Below the pieces are notes generated by a model. It saw nothing but the letters and a program-made list of their open reading frames with translations, was not told the DNA's origin and searched no databases. The translations under genes were made by a program, and so were the position numbers. Positions 1-14,326 of a stretch of 64,000 nt of DNA are shown here, one piece after another. The stretch is from Chrysomallon squamiferum (lineage: Eukaryota > Animalia > Mollusca): positions 3,162,001 through 3,226,000 of the forward strand of contig CM022671.1 in assembly GCA_012295275.1 (NCBI GenBank), read 5' to 3'. Numbering within the stretch: the stretch's first letter is position 1; every line of letters starts with the position of its first letter.

Positions 1-1186
1 CTCGTTACATGTGTCATCGTGTAGAGACCCTGCCAACGAGGCCACTCCCAGGTACCTGGGGAGAGGAACAAAATTATTTTCAACAACAGTGATAATAATA
101 ATAATAATTTTTCATAATAATAATAAGATTATCAGTCGTAGTAGTATTTGTAATAGTTATTCTAGTAATAGTAGTGGTGGTGGTGGTGGTGGTGGTGGTA
201 GAAGTAGTAGTAATAGTAGTTGTTGTAGTAGCAGTAGTAGTAGTAGTGGTAGTAGTAGTGTAATAGTAGTAGTGGTAGTAGCAGTACTTGTAAGATAATG
301 ATGATTATGAACAAGATAAAAATGATAACAGTGATTATGTAAATAGTTGTAGTACTAGCCGATAATGCGGCATAGATAACATAAATAGTAGTAGGAATAG
401 ATGATAGAGCAGTATTTGTGATAAATATATTCGTATGTATCGATGCTTGCGATCATTATTATGCATGACTACATGTGCATATAATTATATAGATACACAT
501 ACATTGACTATGAATGTATACAGGTATATTTGTATTGTTGCACGCACACACACACATGTGTGTGTGTATGTAAAGAGAGAGAGAATATGTGTGTATGTTA
601 TATTTTAAATATTTCTTTTTTGTTGAAATATATATCAGTAATAAAATGAAAACAATGATGAAATAAACTATATTCATTTAGAGATTAAAAAAAAAATATA
701 TATATATATATGTATATATAATCATCTATTTAAAATATTGTTCAAAAACTGAATATAGAATAAAATAAATTAAGAAACAAACAAACACACAAACAAATAA
801 ATTTACAAGAATGGAGTGGAAAGTTACAAAGAAATGAAAATTTTAACTTAATATTTATCACTGTGCGTATTTATCACTGTGCGTATTTATCACTGTGCGT
901 GCTTATCACGCACGTACATGCAGATGGACACGCTCTATCACGCAGGAAAACACACACACACTTTCATCATTTGTCAATATTTAATTTAATAATGTGATAG
1001 TTTTATAATAATTGTATTTAAATATTAACTAAGTGACGGCAAGTTATCGACAATTTTCAATACAGAATTTTCGAGAATCTTCTAAACCATTAGTAAAAGC
1101 TGGTTGAAAATATTCATGATTTTAGTTGTAATAAACTGTGACCAGCTTTAGATCTGAGAGTTGACAACAATAAGATATTTATTAGC

Positions 1187-1224
<38 letters not shown>

Positions 1225-1406
1225 CAAAAATAATAATAATAATAATTATTATTATTATTACAAATACTCAAATAAATTTAATTTAATTAGTTATAATTAT
1301 TAAGTAACATAATTATATATTAATTAATTAATCAAAATGATAATAATATTATAAATTAGATAAATAAATAAATAAATAACAACAAGAAGAATGAAATAAT
1401 AAAATA

Positions 1407-1457
<51 letters not shown>

Positions 1458-2006
1458 CCCCATCATCATCATCATCATCATTGTTGTTAAGAAAACAAAT
1501 TTATTATTATATTATATTATATTACATTACATTACATTGTATTGTATTATATTATATTATATTATATTATATTATATTATATTATATTATATTATATTAT
1601 ATTATATTATATTCAATAACCTGAACAGCGACTAATATTTCATAGACAGTTTTAAAAATAAACGCTTGAGAAAATATTTCATCTCGTCGTTTATTCTGGA
1701 AAAACTAAACAAAACTAAAACAAACTTTTCATGAAGTTGGGCCTAAGACGAGCTGGAAACCTTTGAAGTAAGAAATTCTGACAGAAGATTTAAGCTACAA
1801 TGTGTTCTTTAAGAGAAGTTTTGTACCGCAAATCCAGCTAATCTGATAGTACACTGGTAGAAAGAGAAAGAGAGATTTATACATAAACAACGCGAGGAAC
1901 ACGATTTTTTTGTTCTTTTTTCTTCTTCTCTGTATTTATGATTTTATGTCATGTTTTCATTTAAACTTGTTCTTGTACTGACAATAATAGCCTGAAAAAG
2001 TTTCTC

Positions 2007-2040
<34 letters not shown>

Positions 2041-2077
2041 TGATGATGATTATGATGATAACAATAATATTAATAAC

Positions 2078-2124
<47 letters not shown>

Positions 2125-2281
2125 TAATAATATAATAACAACAACAATAATAATTTACAATACCAAAAAAAATAATAATAATAACAACAATAACAACAAC
2201 ATCAATAACAATAAAATTAATAATAATAATGAATTACAATACAACAAAATTAAGAAAATCATAACAACAACAACAATGATG

Positions 2282-2336
<55 letters not shown>

Positions 2337-2605
2337 AATAATAATAATGAATAATAATAATAATAATAATATCAACAACAACAACAGTGATATTAAAATT
2401 ATCAAAACGGAACCTAAAAAGCCATCAGCCAATTCTAATTTTGATAAAAAAAATAAAAAAACAAAATTAATAAAATGAAAAACGAGACGTTCGCTAGAAC
2501 TGTCGTCACTTACATCCAGCTTGCAAACACTCGGTACTCGGAGAGGAGGCCCACTAGAAGTATCAGTTTAATCCTGTGATGAGCAGCCGTCAGCCCGCAT
2601 TCCAT
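1..2605 (-). CDS. WNT16: Wnt16-like secreted ligand, 5' part only (coding exon 1 2605-2514; exon 2 starts at 55 and runs off the window)
   Basis: ATG at 2605, 92-nt exon ending AT|GTAAGT (intron starts at 2513); acceptor ttgttcctctccccAG before 55. The spliced frame reads MECGLTAAHHRIKLILLVGLLSEYRVFASWM|YLGVASLAGSLHDDTCNE: a signal-peptide-like stretch followed by SWMYLGVAS, matching the Wnt16 N-terminal motif (human GNWMWLGIAS) with a phase-2 intron in the Met codon. Only 49 aa are visible, so the subfamily call rests on this motif. Confidence 0.75.
130..300. repeat. (GTA/GGT)n trinucleotide low-complexity tract in Wnt16 intron 1
   Basis: Runs of AGT/GGT; these explain the spurious Ser/Gly-rich ORF 11-298. 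Confidence 0.9.
853..915. repeat. 16-bp tandem repeat ATTTATCACTGTGCGT x3 plus a decayed copy
   Basis: Three exact copies read directly; each contains TTATCA (GATA-type site). Confidence 0.85.
1185..2390. repeat. Compound microsatellites (AAT)n, (ATT)n, (ATATT)n, (AAC)n in Wnt16 intron 1
   Basis: Directly visible simple repeats. Confidence 0.95.
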
Positions 2606-2639
2606 GTCTACGACAGGACGCACATTTCTCCGTGTTTGT

Positions 2640-2970
2640 CGTAATAATCCCACGTGAAAAAGAGCGGCATTTGTTGTTATCCGCAGAACGAAAGATTCAA
2701 CGTCAGTCTATCGTCAGTGGTAAGATCCACTCTTGAGTTAACTTGGTCTTCTTATTCCCGTCTCTTTTATCTCGCCGTCTGCTCTCCCATTGGGCCGTCC
2801 GTCTAGATCGGGTATCTCGGCAGACGTGATTGGCCGATTTCGCCCCGCCACGTGATAATCTTTGATCCACGTGTTGAGTGTAAGGTAAAGAAATTGACGG
2901 TAATTGACGGCATTAAAACGAGCGGTTGTATTGAAAAGCGACTTCTTTGCCATAGATACCTTTCCCACAC
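2640..2970 (-). promoter_or_regulatory. Putative Wnt16 promoter / 5' UTR island
   Basis: GC-richer island directly upstream of the ATG: TATA-like GATAAAA (2771-2765), CCAAT boxes (ATTGG at 2789 and 2829), GC box CGCCCCGCC (2841-2849), E-boxes CACGTG (2651, 2849, 2868), TCF/LEF-type CTTTGAT (2860-2866), Su(H)/CSL-type TTCCCAC (2962-2968). Motif matches only. Confidence 0.55.
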
Positions 2971-3179
2971 TCTGCTACATTAGCACAAACGTCGAATCAA
3001 TCTCCCATCAAAATCTTGTCTGCCTGACTTACCCAGCCGATGTTAATAACCCGTAATTAAGACTAATTTAGACTTTAAGGGCAATAAAAAGCAATACAAA
3101 CAACCAAGTGACACAGTTTTAAACATGTCATCGACGTCCACCACCTCACTGTCAGAACCGATCACGTTTCACTAAGTTT

Positions 3180-4440
3180 TTAAAGTACAATTACAACATG
3201 CCCTTCTGTATTTTTAAGTGCAGCTACAAACAGCTATTTGATATTTTTGAATACCATCACAATAAGCGTTTTGTAATTTTAATACAACCTTGACAGCTAA
3301 TATGGTTTCTAAATAAACAACGATGCTACATTATAAAAGCATTTACAACCAGAAATTATAAATTTTAAATAGTTGCAGCCAAAATATCTCTATTCTAAAT
3401 ACAGTTATAACCAGAAATTCTTTATTCTAAATAGAGTAACAACATGAAATTCTTTATCTTAAATACATTTACAACCAGATGTTGCGTATCTTAAATACAA
3501 TTATAACCAGAAAGTGTTCAATTTAAATACATTTTAAATACAAAATCTCTGTTGTAAAATAGAATTATAACCAGATATTATTTACATATATCTTAAATAC
3601 TGATATAACCAGATATCCTATATTTTAAATACAGATATAACCAGATATCCTATATTTTAAATACAATTATAACCTGTAATTCTATATTTTAGATACAACA
3701 CGAAAGAGTGAATCAAATTTAAAATATATTTATAGCTTCTGTACACCCAATCAAAAGCAGTTACTTACATTTTATATACAATTACAAAGAGCGATTTTGC
3801 TTTAAAAAAACAATTACAACCATTGATTCAACATTTTAAATATTTCAAATAATTGTTATATATTCAGGCTAAATAGGAATTAAGCCATTTCAAAAGTGCT
3901 ATAACCATCTATTGTATTTTTTAGATCCAAGTTATACTATTCCTAAATAAATACAACCAAAAGTTAGAATTTACGTAAGCAATTACAAACAACAATATTT
4001 TTATAGAGAGTTGCTACGCACCAATTATATTTTCATTACAACCAGCAAAAATACATTTTTATAAATCAGTGAATTTATCATTTTCGATAAATACATTTTA
4101 TTAGAAAATTACAGTCAGACAATTTTTGTAGACAATTATAATCAGCGAATTTATCATTTTCGATAAACACATTTTATTAGAAATTTACATTCAGTCAATT
4201 TTTGTAGACAATTATAATCAACGAATCTACATTTTACTACTAATAATTATAAATGTTTATCAAACAGTTACAACTAATAATCCTTTTTTTTTTTTTATCA
4301 GGCAGTTACAACTAGCTTTTCTTAGGTTGTAACAGCCAACGTTGCACGTGTTTATGTAGACACATACCGCCAGCGAGTTGACTTTTTAGTAGACTGATTC
4401 AAGCAGCGGTTGCACTTTTTTGAGCAGACGTCTGTAACGT
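3180..4440. repeat. Degenerate ~30-bp minisatellite (consensus about TTAAATACAGTTATAACCAGAAATTCTATATT) with an internal ~76-bp near-exact duplication at 4065-4216
   Basis: Recurrent ttaaataca..tataaccaga motif about every 30 bp; two near-identical 30-mers at 3595-3665. Confidence 0.8.
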
Positions 4441-4837
4441 GCTGTGAGTGCTTTGCTCACGTTGCCATAAAACCCGGATGTGAGGAGAGAGACGCATGCG
4501 TTTAATAAAACATGAAGTTAGTTTTTATGGTAAGAATAATTCTATTGCCCGTATTGAATTACAGAGGTACGCTGCTTTTCTTATTACAAATAATTTCTGC
4601 CAGTATTATTACATTCCACACGCTGCAGTCAAAATATTTAGTTATTTCAGTTTCGACTGGTTTTTTTTTTTTTTTTTTGTATTAGTGAATAGCATTGTCT
4701 CTTAGTGCCAAAAAAAAAGAAGAAGAAAAAAAGCTATATATTTAGAACGAATTAATGAACTGATTACTGCATGCATTAACGAGTGAATGAAGAAAGGATG
4801 AAATAATTAAATGAATGAAAAAAGAATGAATTCGTTT

Positions 4838-4939
<102 letters not shown>

Positions 4940-5014
4940 CCTGATATTCAACAAATAATTATTTGATAATATCAATGTAAATGATATAAGCCATTGTGCA
5001 AATTCCATGGAATA

Positions 5015-5375
5015 TCTTTTCAAATAGCAGCAAGGGATAGTTTATGTTAAATTTTCTATTTATAAGAAAATTGTATTCAGTGATTCACCATGACAACCAG
5101 TTCTTGAAGTTCCTGCTGAAGAGTTAAAATGTCCTTGATAATCATTAGAAGAAAGAAAGAAATGTTTCACTTAGCAACTCATTTAGAACATTTTAGATTT
5201 TCTTTATTTGAAGTCATCAATTATGGTTAAAGATCACTAAGGTTAGAGAGAGAGACAAAATCTGCAGCTGCTACAAGATGGGTTACTATTTTTCGTCTTG
5301 CAGTAAGTTATTTTATATGTAGTTTTTGCAGACACAAAAACACATACCAAGATTTTTCATAAACTGGAAAGGACA
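5015..5375 (-). mobile_element. Decayed interspersed repeat (SINE-like) fragments
   Basis: caaatagcagcaaggg (5021) is the reverse complement of a motif at 7670 (ttcttgctgctaattg). Similar blocks recur near 7620-7790, 11860-12000, 17170-17430 and 62060-62160. I recall a similar abundant gastropod SINE-type repeat, but this was not searched. Confidence 0.45.
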
Positions 5376-6769
5376 TTTGTACTAATTATTCTGAAAAAAA
5401 TAAAATAAAATAAAATAAAAATACAATCTTTATTATATCCATTAGCATAAGAACTTGATTAATATTTAGAGCAAATAAAATGAAATTAAATCATTAACTT
5501 TAACAAATTATAATAAAAAAATAATTGAAACAATATAAAACGATTTTAAATCGATATATTCATTTTTATTTTTTACTTATGTCTTTTTATAACACATTAG
5601 CAAAATTACAAAGACAAATAATTCATTTTACAAGAATAAAGCAGCATGTAAAAAAAGTATCATATAATTAAATAAGAAATAAGTTTAAATTTGGCGCGTA
5701 AGAAACATGAATTTATTATTGTATTTGTATTAACAAAGAAATTTCAGACCTTAAAAAATCTTTTTCTTAAGATAATATATTCTTCAGTTTAAATTTTATC
5801 GTATTAATATCAGGAATCAGATAACGAACGAATGGCTATGGAATACACTAGAACAGGCATAGTACTTAAATATACGTATCCTTAAATATACTGTTCTAAA
5901 ATACATACAATACTTAAACCTGGATTTTATTATCAGTAAATGCCTTTCAATAGCTACTGTACTTAAAAAATATTAACTAACTCTAAATACATGATACTCT
6001 TAAATATCCACTAACCTCGATTCTGCAGATGTCTCTTACATTTATATCTTGTTACAGTGTACCTTTTGTGAAGTGAATATTAAATGCATTTCCTATAAAT
6101 AATTCAAGAAAACATAACTGTGTGAAATTCATTCTAATGAGCGAACGATTTACATAGATCGTAGAAAAGTGTTGCCAATTATAATTTAGTGAAGGCAAAC
6201 CAAAAAGAATGGGAAATGTTTAATATTACTTTGTTATTAGCAAAGGTTGCTAATAAGCGATAAAACGATGACTTGGGACTATTCAGAAAACACTTTATTC
6301 GTACACTGGATACCCCAGTGACTCAGAAATATAATTCAATTTTTATTTCATATGAATTTACTGAATTACTTGAATCGTTTGTCTAAACTATGATTTCCCT
6401 ACCTACTGGTTTATGATGTGTCCTGTTGATTGAACTTTAATTTGTGTAAAATTTTAGTAAATATGTAAGAGAGAGACAAAGAGAGTTTTATATCTGACCC
6501 ATGAAAGAATCAAAACTGACATTGTGTATGTGCGTGTGTTCGTATGCGTGTTATCAAAGAAGTGATTAAGAATATGAGAAATTTTAATGTTAATTTTATT
6601 CAGTCATATAAACAAATCAGTTCTTGAACATTAAAATAATCGTATTAGCCTGTTGCAGTTTTGATCCCAGTTCTTAACATCCGTTTTTGCATTAAACTGT
6701 TATATTTGTCAGTATACCTGAAACAGCATTCTGACTGCCTGACTCTAATTTGCTTTATGGCAACTTGTA

Positions 6770-6803
<34 letters not shown>

Positions 6804-7619
6804 AAAGTATGCGTTTGTGCGCATATGTAAATCTGTATACATACGCACACAAACGCATGCGCGTGCTATTTGCGTATAATTATGTGTTTCTATTTCTGCG
6901 TATTAATTTCTGTCACATACATCTACAAACGTTGATCGTTCACACTCATCAAATATTCTGATATTTTCGCTCGCGACGTTTTTAATGAATGTTCGCCAGA
7001 CGACGAAATATCAGATTTTTGTCTATTTTAGCAGCCCAGTGATAATCTTTATGACAGGGGAGCGCTGAAGAACGGAAGAAAAGATTTACGAGGCTGCGGT
7101 TGGTCGTTAAGTGGTCGGCCATTTCACAGTCCGATTATAGAGATGGGAAATGGTCGCTTAGGGAATAAAACAAAGTGCCGCAAACAACAATAAACGTAAT
7201 CAAATGACAAGCAGTAAAATGCTTGCTGTTGTGGTTTTTGACGCTGTATATCATAGCTAGTGTCTTTTTTGTCCGATTTTGAAATTAATGTTACGGATGA
7301 CATATTTATTATGTACCAAATATTTGCCATCAGAGTTATAATAAAATAAATGAAATTATACTTTTTTTTTTTTTTTTTTAAAAATACACGTTAGTAAATT
7401 ACAGTAGTTATTTTGTACTTGGATAAAGCAAAGTGTTTATTTGTAGGTTGCTGTGTACGTAAAGAATGAGTTGAAGTAACAACGTAACCATGATAAAAAC
7501 TGTGACTGACTTAACAAAGGCTACGTCTGTTCATTCATATCAAAAAATAATAATAGTAAAGCCTCATGATTAGATTCTTCGTGTAAGATATATCATTCAC
7601 AGTGAACTAATTTATACCT

Positions 7620-7790
7620 CCTCCAGTGCTACCTCAAAGACTATGACACGGGAAACTGGACAAAAAAGAATTCTTGCTGCTAATTGATAACAGTAATCCA
7701 GCAGCTTTCCTCTCTCACAGTGATATATATATATATATATATAACCCTAACAGTAAATATTATAATGTGGTGAATTATTTGTAAATTGTT
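7620..7790 (+). mobile_element. Decayed SINE-like repeat fragment (same family as 5015-5375, opposite orientation)
   Basis: Shared aaagaattcttgctgctaattg...cagctttcctctctc motif. Confidence 0.4.
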
Positions 7791-8695
7791 TTCATTAACT
7801 GTAATTTAAGCTAATAAATGAAAATAATAACTAAATTATAATAAAAATTATTAAACTTTTTCAACAAAAAAAATCATTAGAAACAGATATTATTTATGTT
7901 GATATAATAGTAGTAATAGTAGTAATATTACTAACATTAGCACTAATGTTTATTTCTCTATCTGTTTATCTACTTTTATTTATTTATTTATTTATTTATT
8001 TTTTTTTTTATTTGTTAACAGAGCAGTTATTATTAAGTAATAGAACAATGAAAAAATCCTGAGTGATTCGGGGAAGGGAGTGTTTTTAAATTTTATTGTT
8101 TTATTTTTTTATTTTTTTTTTTTGTTTGTTGCCTTTAAACTCCATGTGAAAAATAAGATATGTCAACAATATTCTACGATTATCACTGAAACATTAAATA
8201 TTATTTTTTTTATTATTAAATGAAAAAACATTGCAGGGTGTAACAAATTGCCATAAACATGTATGAAATACTCAAGGTTTTTGGATCAATCTATATTGAT
8301 GCACACACAAACACAATATTAAAATACGTTGCAGTGACAATATACAAACTTCTTTTTTTTTTTTTTTTTGTTAACATAAATAAACTGAAAAGAACACAAA
8401 AAATGAATATAAATAATTTTAAAATATCTAAGATATTGTACATCAAAAGTCAGTCTCTGTTCAGTGTAAGGCACAACTACCAATGTCAACTTTATCTGGT
8501 AAAAGCATGTCCTCATCTCTTAACAACAAAATAGCCCAGATTACCAGGAAAATGTAAGATATAAGCAGCAGCGGATCCAAACAGAGAAATATCGGTCTTG
8601 TTTAAAAAGAAAATTAGTGAGGAGGGAAGAAAAATATCCAGAAACCATATTATGCAAAATCAGCGTTTACTACTACTACTACTACTACTACTACT

Positions 8696-8743
<48 letters not shown>

Positions 8744-9042
8744 CACTACTAGTACTATTTAAAGTTTCTAATTCTATAAATATTATACAGAATGGACGAA
8801 AGATTGACTGTTATCTTAAAACCTTCCTGATTCTACAAATAAATGCAGAATTTATTATTAGATGTTAAAATAAAATTATCTATATAACAGTGGCTGGAGA
8901 GGGTACCATTCCGTCATTACATGTCTATACTTATCAATATTTTACACGAGATGTAAGAGCACATTCCATGGTTGTTTTTGTTTTTTTATTAATTGTTATC
9001 ACTGATCTATCTAGAAAGGTTAATAAGACCAGTGTAGTCATC

Positions 9043-9097
9043 GCCTAAGTTTGAACTTGTTCATCACCAACCACCACGCTAACCACTGAGCTACTGT
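9043..9097 (-). mobile_element. tRNA-derived SINE head (decayed)
   Basis: Minus strand has A-box TAGCTCAGTGG (9093-9083) and B-box-like GTTCAAAC (9056-9049); no complete cloverleaf. Confidence 0.5.
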
Positions 9098-9932
9098 CTG
9101 CTCCTTTATAAATAAAGAATCTGAAATATTCGATGTAATACTGTTTTATGACACCTTAAACAAATGATCTCACGCATGAGTTGCAGCGGAGGAAATCCTA
9201 CCAACGCGAGCATTAAGACCACCCATATCCACCTTCGGGGATCCCCAACCGGTTAAATAAAACAGATTCTGTAAACTAACATGAAGATAAAGTCAAGAAA
9301 CTACAATTTACACTTTACATTCGAAATTACAATCAGATAACTATGGAAAAGCAATTGTACGTAATTACTTCTAAACTTAACTCACAGATGACCCTAAGTC
9401 TCACCTCCATTGTGTTACCTTTATCACGTTTCTAACTAAGTTAATTTCCAGCGCAAATGTAAGTCATTTAAATTGTCGTTTACAGCTTTTGACGTAACTC
9501 TGACTGCATTGTTTAAATCTTCAGGGTAAACTGTAGTTGTATAATCAGACACAGACGACCCTGTATCTCGCTGTGTGAGTGTTGTGCCGACAGTTACTGG
9601 CAATTAAACAACTAAAATGAAAAAGCCGCACGTGTTTCCGCCATTTCTAAAGAAAATGTAGAAATCTGAAAAGATGAAATATATTGTATGTGTTCTCGCA
9701 ATTTAAAATATTCACGAACGGATGTTTTGAATTTATTATAAAATAAATCAGAATGATTAGTCTGTATCTGAATGTTAATGTGCTTACTTCAGTAGCATTA
9801 ACAAACAGATTGTAGCTGATAGTCATTGTGTTCGACTGAGGTCGTCGGATCAATTCTCCAAGGAGAAAAATAAGCTTATATTTAAAAATTAATAATAATA
9901 TTAAAATTAATACTTTATTAATAAAAACAGTA

Positions 9933-9999
<67 letters not shown>

Positions 10000-12366
10000 A
10001 GAGGTGTGTGATTGCGTGTCCGGAATGTATTGATGGATAAGTAACTATGCTCAGAAATGTCTGCGTCTGTTAGCCTCACAAAGAATAATTTCTAATTTGT
10101 TTTTCTCTTCAACTAGTTTGATTGAGACAATAAAGTGAATTGCTTTGCTTTCACCAGACTACTACACGGTTTTCAATCTTCTCAACAATTTTATTAGCCA
10201 ACTTCAGTCATAAGAAGACAGACAGGCAGTATTTTACGACGGCGCGTGGTAATTGCCGGATTTTGGCAAGGACCGGCTAATTACCGTTAAATGCCTGCTG
10301 GGACTGTAATCTAAAGCGAATCAGGTTTTCCCAAAATTCGCAGGAAATGTTCGTCTTTCAAAACCTTAAACTTGTTAATAAAAATTCTTCTTATGTTAAC
10401 TGTAGTGTTATAAGTATCCAGTTATTATAATATTATGTGGACGAGATACGACGGGGTCACGAAGATTCTGAAACCAATAATTTTATGACAGCTGGGAGGT
10501 AAATAGGCAACGGATAACATCACACTCCTGAATTTATTGTATCCGCACTGTAATTAGTTCCGGCTAATCTAGTTTGTATGTATGTAGTTTCCACCGTTCG
10601 ACTTCGCAGTACAGATTGTCTAACGATACTTTTCAATTAATAGAAAACACTTCTGTGTATGATTTATTAAGAAAGATAACTTAATTTTAAAACTTTGGCC
10701 AGCTATATAAACTTTCGTCTAGAAAATACAAGTAGTAGAATCCATATAATTTTAGTAAGAAGATGAAACTGTGAATAAATCATCGATAACGTTTTTATTC
10801 TAAGATTATCAGGGTTTTATACTTATCATTAGTAGTAGTAGGAGAAGGAGTTAGTAGTAATATTGTTGTTGTTGTTACTGTTGAATATATTTTAGGTGAT
10901 GTATGTTGTCAAGATTAATTTACCTCAAAGAAAATAAATGAAAAACTGTCACTTCTACATCTTATTATATTATATTCATACTTTATTAGTAGTAAAGAAT
11001 AGTTTTCACTAATGTATCAGTTTTTGTGTGTTTTTTGCAATAACTACTGACGGTTATTATTATTACAGTTCGCGGTGTATAATTTCAAATGCACTGACAA
11101 TAAAGAAGCGTTGTTTTCTATTTACAATTAATGTAGAATTTCTTTTCTTTTTTTTTTTTTTTTTTTCACCCATTAACAGACTTTTCTAAATTCAGAAATT
11201 AATTTTCCAGGATCAGATACTTTCTAACTTGTATCTCTTCCAAGTTTTCTCTGTAAATGGCTTTGTTACATTATTTGTCCTGAAACTACTCAGTTTAAGA
11301 ATAAATGTATTTTTAATTCGTTACAATTACAGTATCTATCTGCTCAGTAGTTTCATTAGTACTGACGTTGTGATTATTTGTTAAATGATGTTTATGCATT
11401 ACAGTGACAAGTGACGGAGCCTTCAGGGACATTCTCCAAGATTCCCCCTTCTGCACGCTTTGAAATTAGCATATTATGTAACATTACTTGATATTATTTA
11501 TGTTCCTGAATTCTGCTCTTTGAGTGGCCTCCAAACCCCAGCGCCGGTACCTTGGTTACAAATTTATGGGACAATTTGCTTTAAAAACAGTTCGTGAGAA
11601 AGGTCTGTCTGTGTTTGGTGTGAAGAACATTTGAATTAAAAATGACAGGTCGCAAGAACGAACCTACTCTAGACTCCCATCAACTAGACAGCCAAAGCTT
11701 ATAAACTGCGAAAATTAAAATAAACATATTTGACAGACTCTAATAACCATTCATGTACAAATGCTGAAAAATGGAAAAAACTAAGTAATATCCTTCCACT
11801 GTTCTCAAGGGAGGGGTAAAATGTAATCATGCAAAAAAATATTCATCCGAAAGGGCTACTAATAAGCCAAAGACTCTTATATGTACTGTCCTGATCCTTT
11901 GCTTCTACAGAAGACTATATATGTGTCAGAATAACCAAATGGCTTATATCGGTGATAGTAAATTAAACAATTTATTTCCGTGATGTTCTTAAGCAAAACT
12001 TCATTATCATCATCATTAAATTTTTGTTCTCAGAAACAAAAGTTAATTAGACACATTCCTTGACTAGTGTTAGATTTGTTTCACAATCATTGTTATTTAT
12101 CACTTTACATAAGCGTTCTGAACTATCACATACATCGTCGCCAGATATAATAAAACATCAAAAGCATATTTACTGATAGTAGAAACCTAATTCAACTGTT
12201 TGAAAGCCCTACATCAACATCGGTGCCATCATCGCTGTTATTATTCAATATGTTGATTTGCAAAAATATTGTCATCCTGTTATGAAAAGGATGTGCACTT
12301 AATGCAACAGTTCAGCAACGATATTTTATGAATACTCAACCTTTATAGAAATTTTACGCAGGTTAA

Positions 12367-12380
12367 TGCCCTCTGGTGGT
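12367..12380 (-). promoter_or_regulatory. CTCF-like binding motif ACCACCAGAGGGCA
   Basis: Close match to the CTCF core consensus CCACCAGRGGGC, about 160 bp upstream of the pleckstrin ATG. Confidence 0.55.
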
Positions 12381-12538
12381 GCAATTGAAAATAAGGTTAC
12401 TGTTAATCATAGATTGGTTTTTAAATAACACTTCGCTTCCTTTTCGCTGCTTTCGATCACAGTGCAAAATATTGTCCGAGGTCAGTCTATCATTCACGAT
12501 GGACTAGAAATATTATTTGTTTTTGTTTTTTCTTTGCC

Positions 12539-14290
12539 ATGGACAAAGAAAACCAGAGTTTACGTTCTGGATTTCTCTTGACACAGGTATATTTTATATT
12601 TTATATAAAGTAAAATGTAAGGATCATACTTTTGTTTTGATACGGGCCATCAAATCGTAATTTTATACATTAATGCAGTGCAACAGAAATGACTGTCAGA
12701 CACATAATGTTGACAGTGAAGCCTGAACAGGCTGGAGGGCTTGCTGTATTGTGCACTGAATTTTTGGTTTTAATCCAGCAATCAGCAGCAATACTTTACC
12801 CTCCCCTCCCCTTTTCCCCATTGTTCCAAGAATACAATATTTATTTAGTATACTTGTTACTGTTACTGTTACTGTAACTCATGTGTAATTTAATAATTAT
12901 AATACAAACAAAAAAATAATTATATCAATAATATATACAGAAGAATTAATTTCCAAGGATACAATATTTATTTAGTATACTTGTTACTGTTTGCATCACA
13001 TACTGTGTCTCATGTGTAATTCAATAATACAAACAAACAAGTTAGTACTTAAATAGATATATCTGTATGAGGCTAACTTAGGGCAAAATAGACATCTGCC
13101 AATATTATCATTCACTGAATGAATGTGCTGATGATACTAGTCATATTAATAAGTATAAAAATAGCAGTTTGATTGAAATTGTTAGTTTGATTAAATTAAG
13201 ATGTTAATTTGTTTAAGATTGATCTCATTTCTTACATTTCCTCACAAACTGAAAAGTGAATAACAAAAATAGTTTATAATAAAAAAAATATATAAAAAAG
13301 ATATGTTTTATTTTAATATTTTTATTTTTTTTAATTTATTTATATTTTTATTAAAATGTTTTATTTATTTATTTATTTTTTATTTTTCAGTGTCCAAACA
13401 ACAAGTGGAAAGCAAAATGGTACACTCTGAGTGAGGAGGAATTGTGTTGTCATCACTCTAAATCCAAATCTATCATCATACTCAATGTCCCACTAAAAGG
13501 CTGCTCTATTGCTTCCCCTTGTTTTGACCTCGAAGATGTCAGCCCAAATGTAAGACAAATTTCATTTAATATTTAATATTTCATTTAATAATAGTTTTCA
13601 AATATTTTTAAATGCCAGAAATTATTTTTATAAAATATGAGGTTTTTTATTTTACATATTTGTTTTCAACATCTTTAATTTTGCTTTTGTTTTTTAAATA
13701 ACAGTTTTAGTATATGTGTAATATTTAACTACATATATAAGCATCTTTATCTTCTATATTTTACACTTTAAATGTATGTAAGTTCATTTTTTTTATTTAT
13801 TTTTTATTGTTATTTCAAAAGTAAATAAAAATGATTTCCAACTTATTAATTTATTGTCGTGTTTATTTTGCAGTTGTTGTTTAAAATCAGCACACCTGAG
13901 AATGCAGATCTGTATTTTCAAGCAGGAAGTCCAGCAGATCGTGAAGGCTGGTCTCACGCCATAGTTGCTGTTATCCGTCTTCTAAGCACATCACAGCAGG
14001 TAACCACAGACACACACACACACAGATATATCTTCAGTGATTAAAGCTTCTCAATTTTAAATTCATTTTTTATACTGTAATTCCAGTTTGAATATAAAGA
14101 TGAATATAAAGATGATAATAGTATAATTAAGTGAAAAATGTAGTTTAGAACAATAAAGATTTTTAGTAAATCATTTTTAGCAAATCATTTTGAGCTACTA
14201 GTATTGATAGTTACTAAGTTTGTGCTTGAGAAGTAATGGGTCACTGGATCAATTCTTTTGAATGAACCTATTTGGCTACACACACACATG

Positions 14291-14326
<36 letters not shown>

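Noticed and set aside
11-298. 95-aa Ser/Gly-rich plus-strand ORF
   Set aside because: Trinucleotide microsatellite read-through antisense to the Wnt16 exon 2/intron 1 boundary.
2738-2968. 76-aa minus-strand ORF upstream of Wnt16
   Set aside because: Non-ATG start, no recognisable domain, overlaps promoter motifs; better explained as a GC-rich promoter.
9043-9097. tRNA gene
   Set aside because: A- and B-box-like motifs are present but there are no acceptor or anticodon stems; treated as a SINE head.
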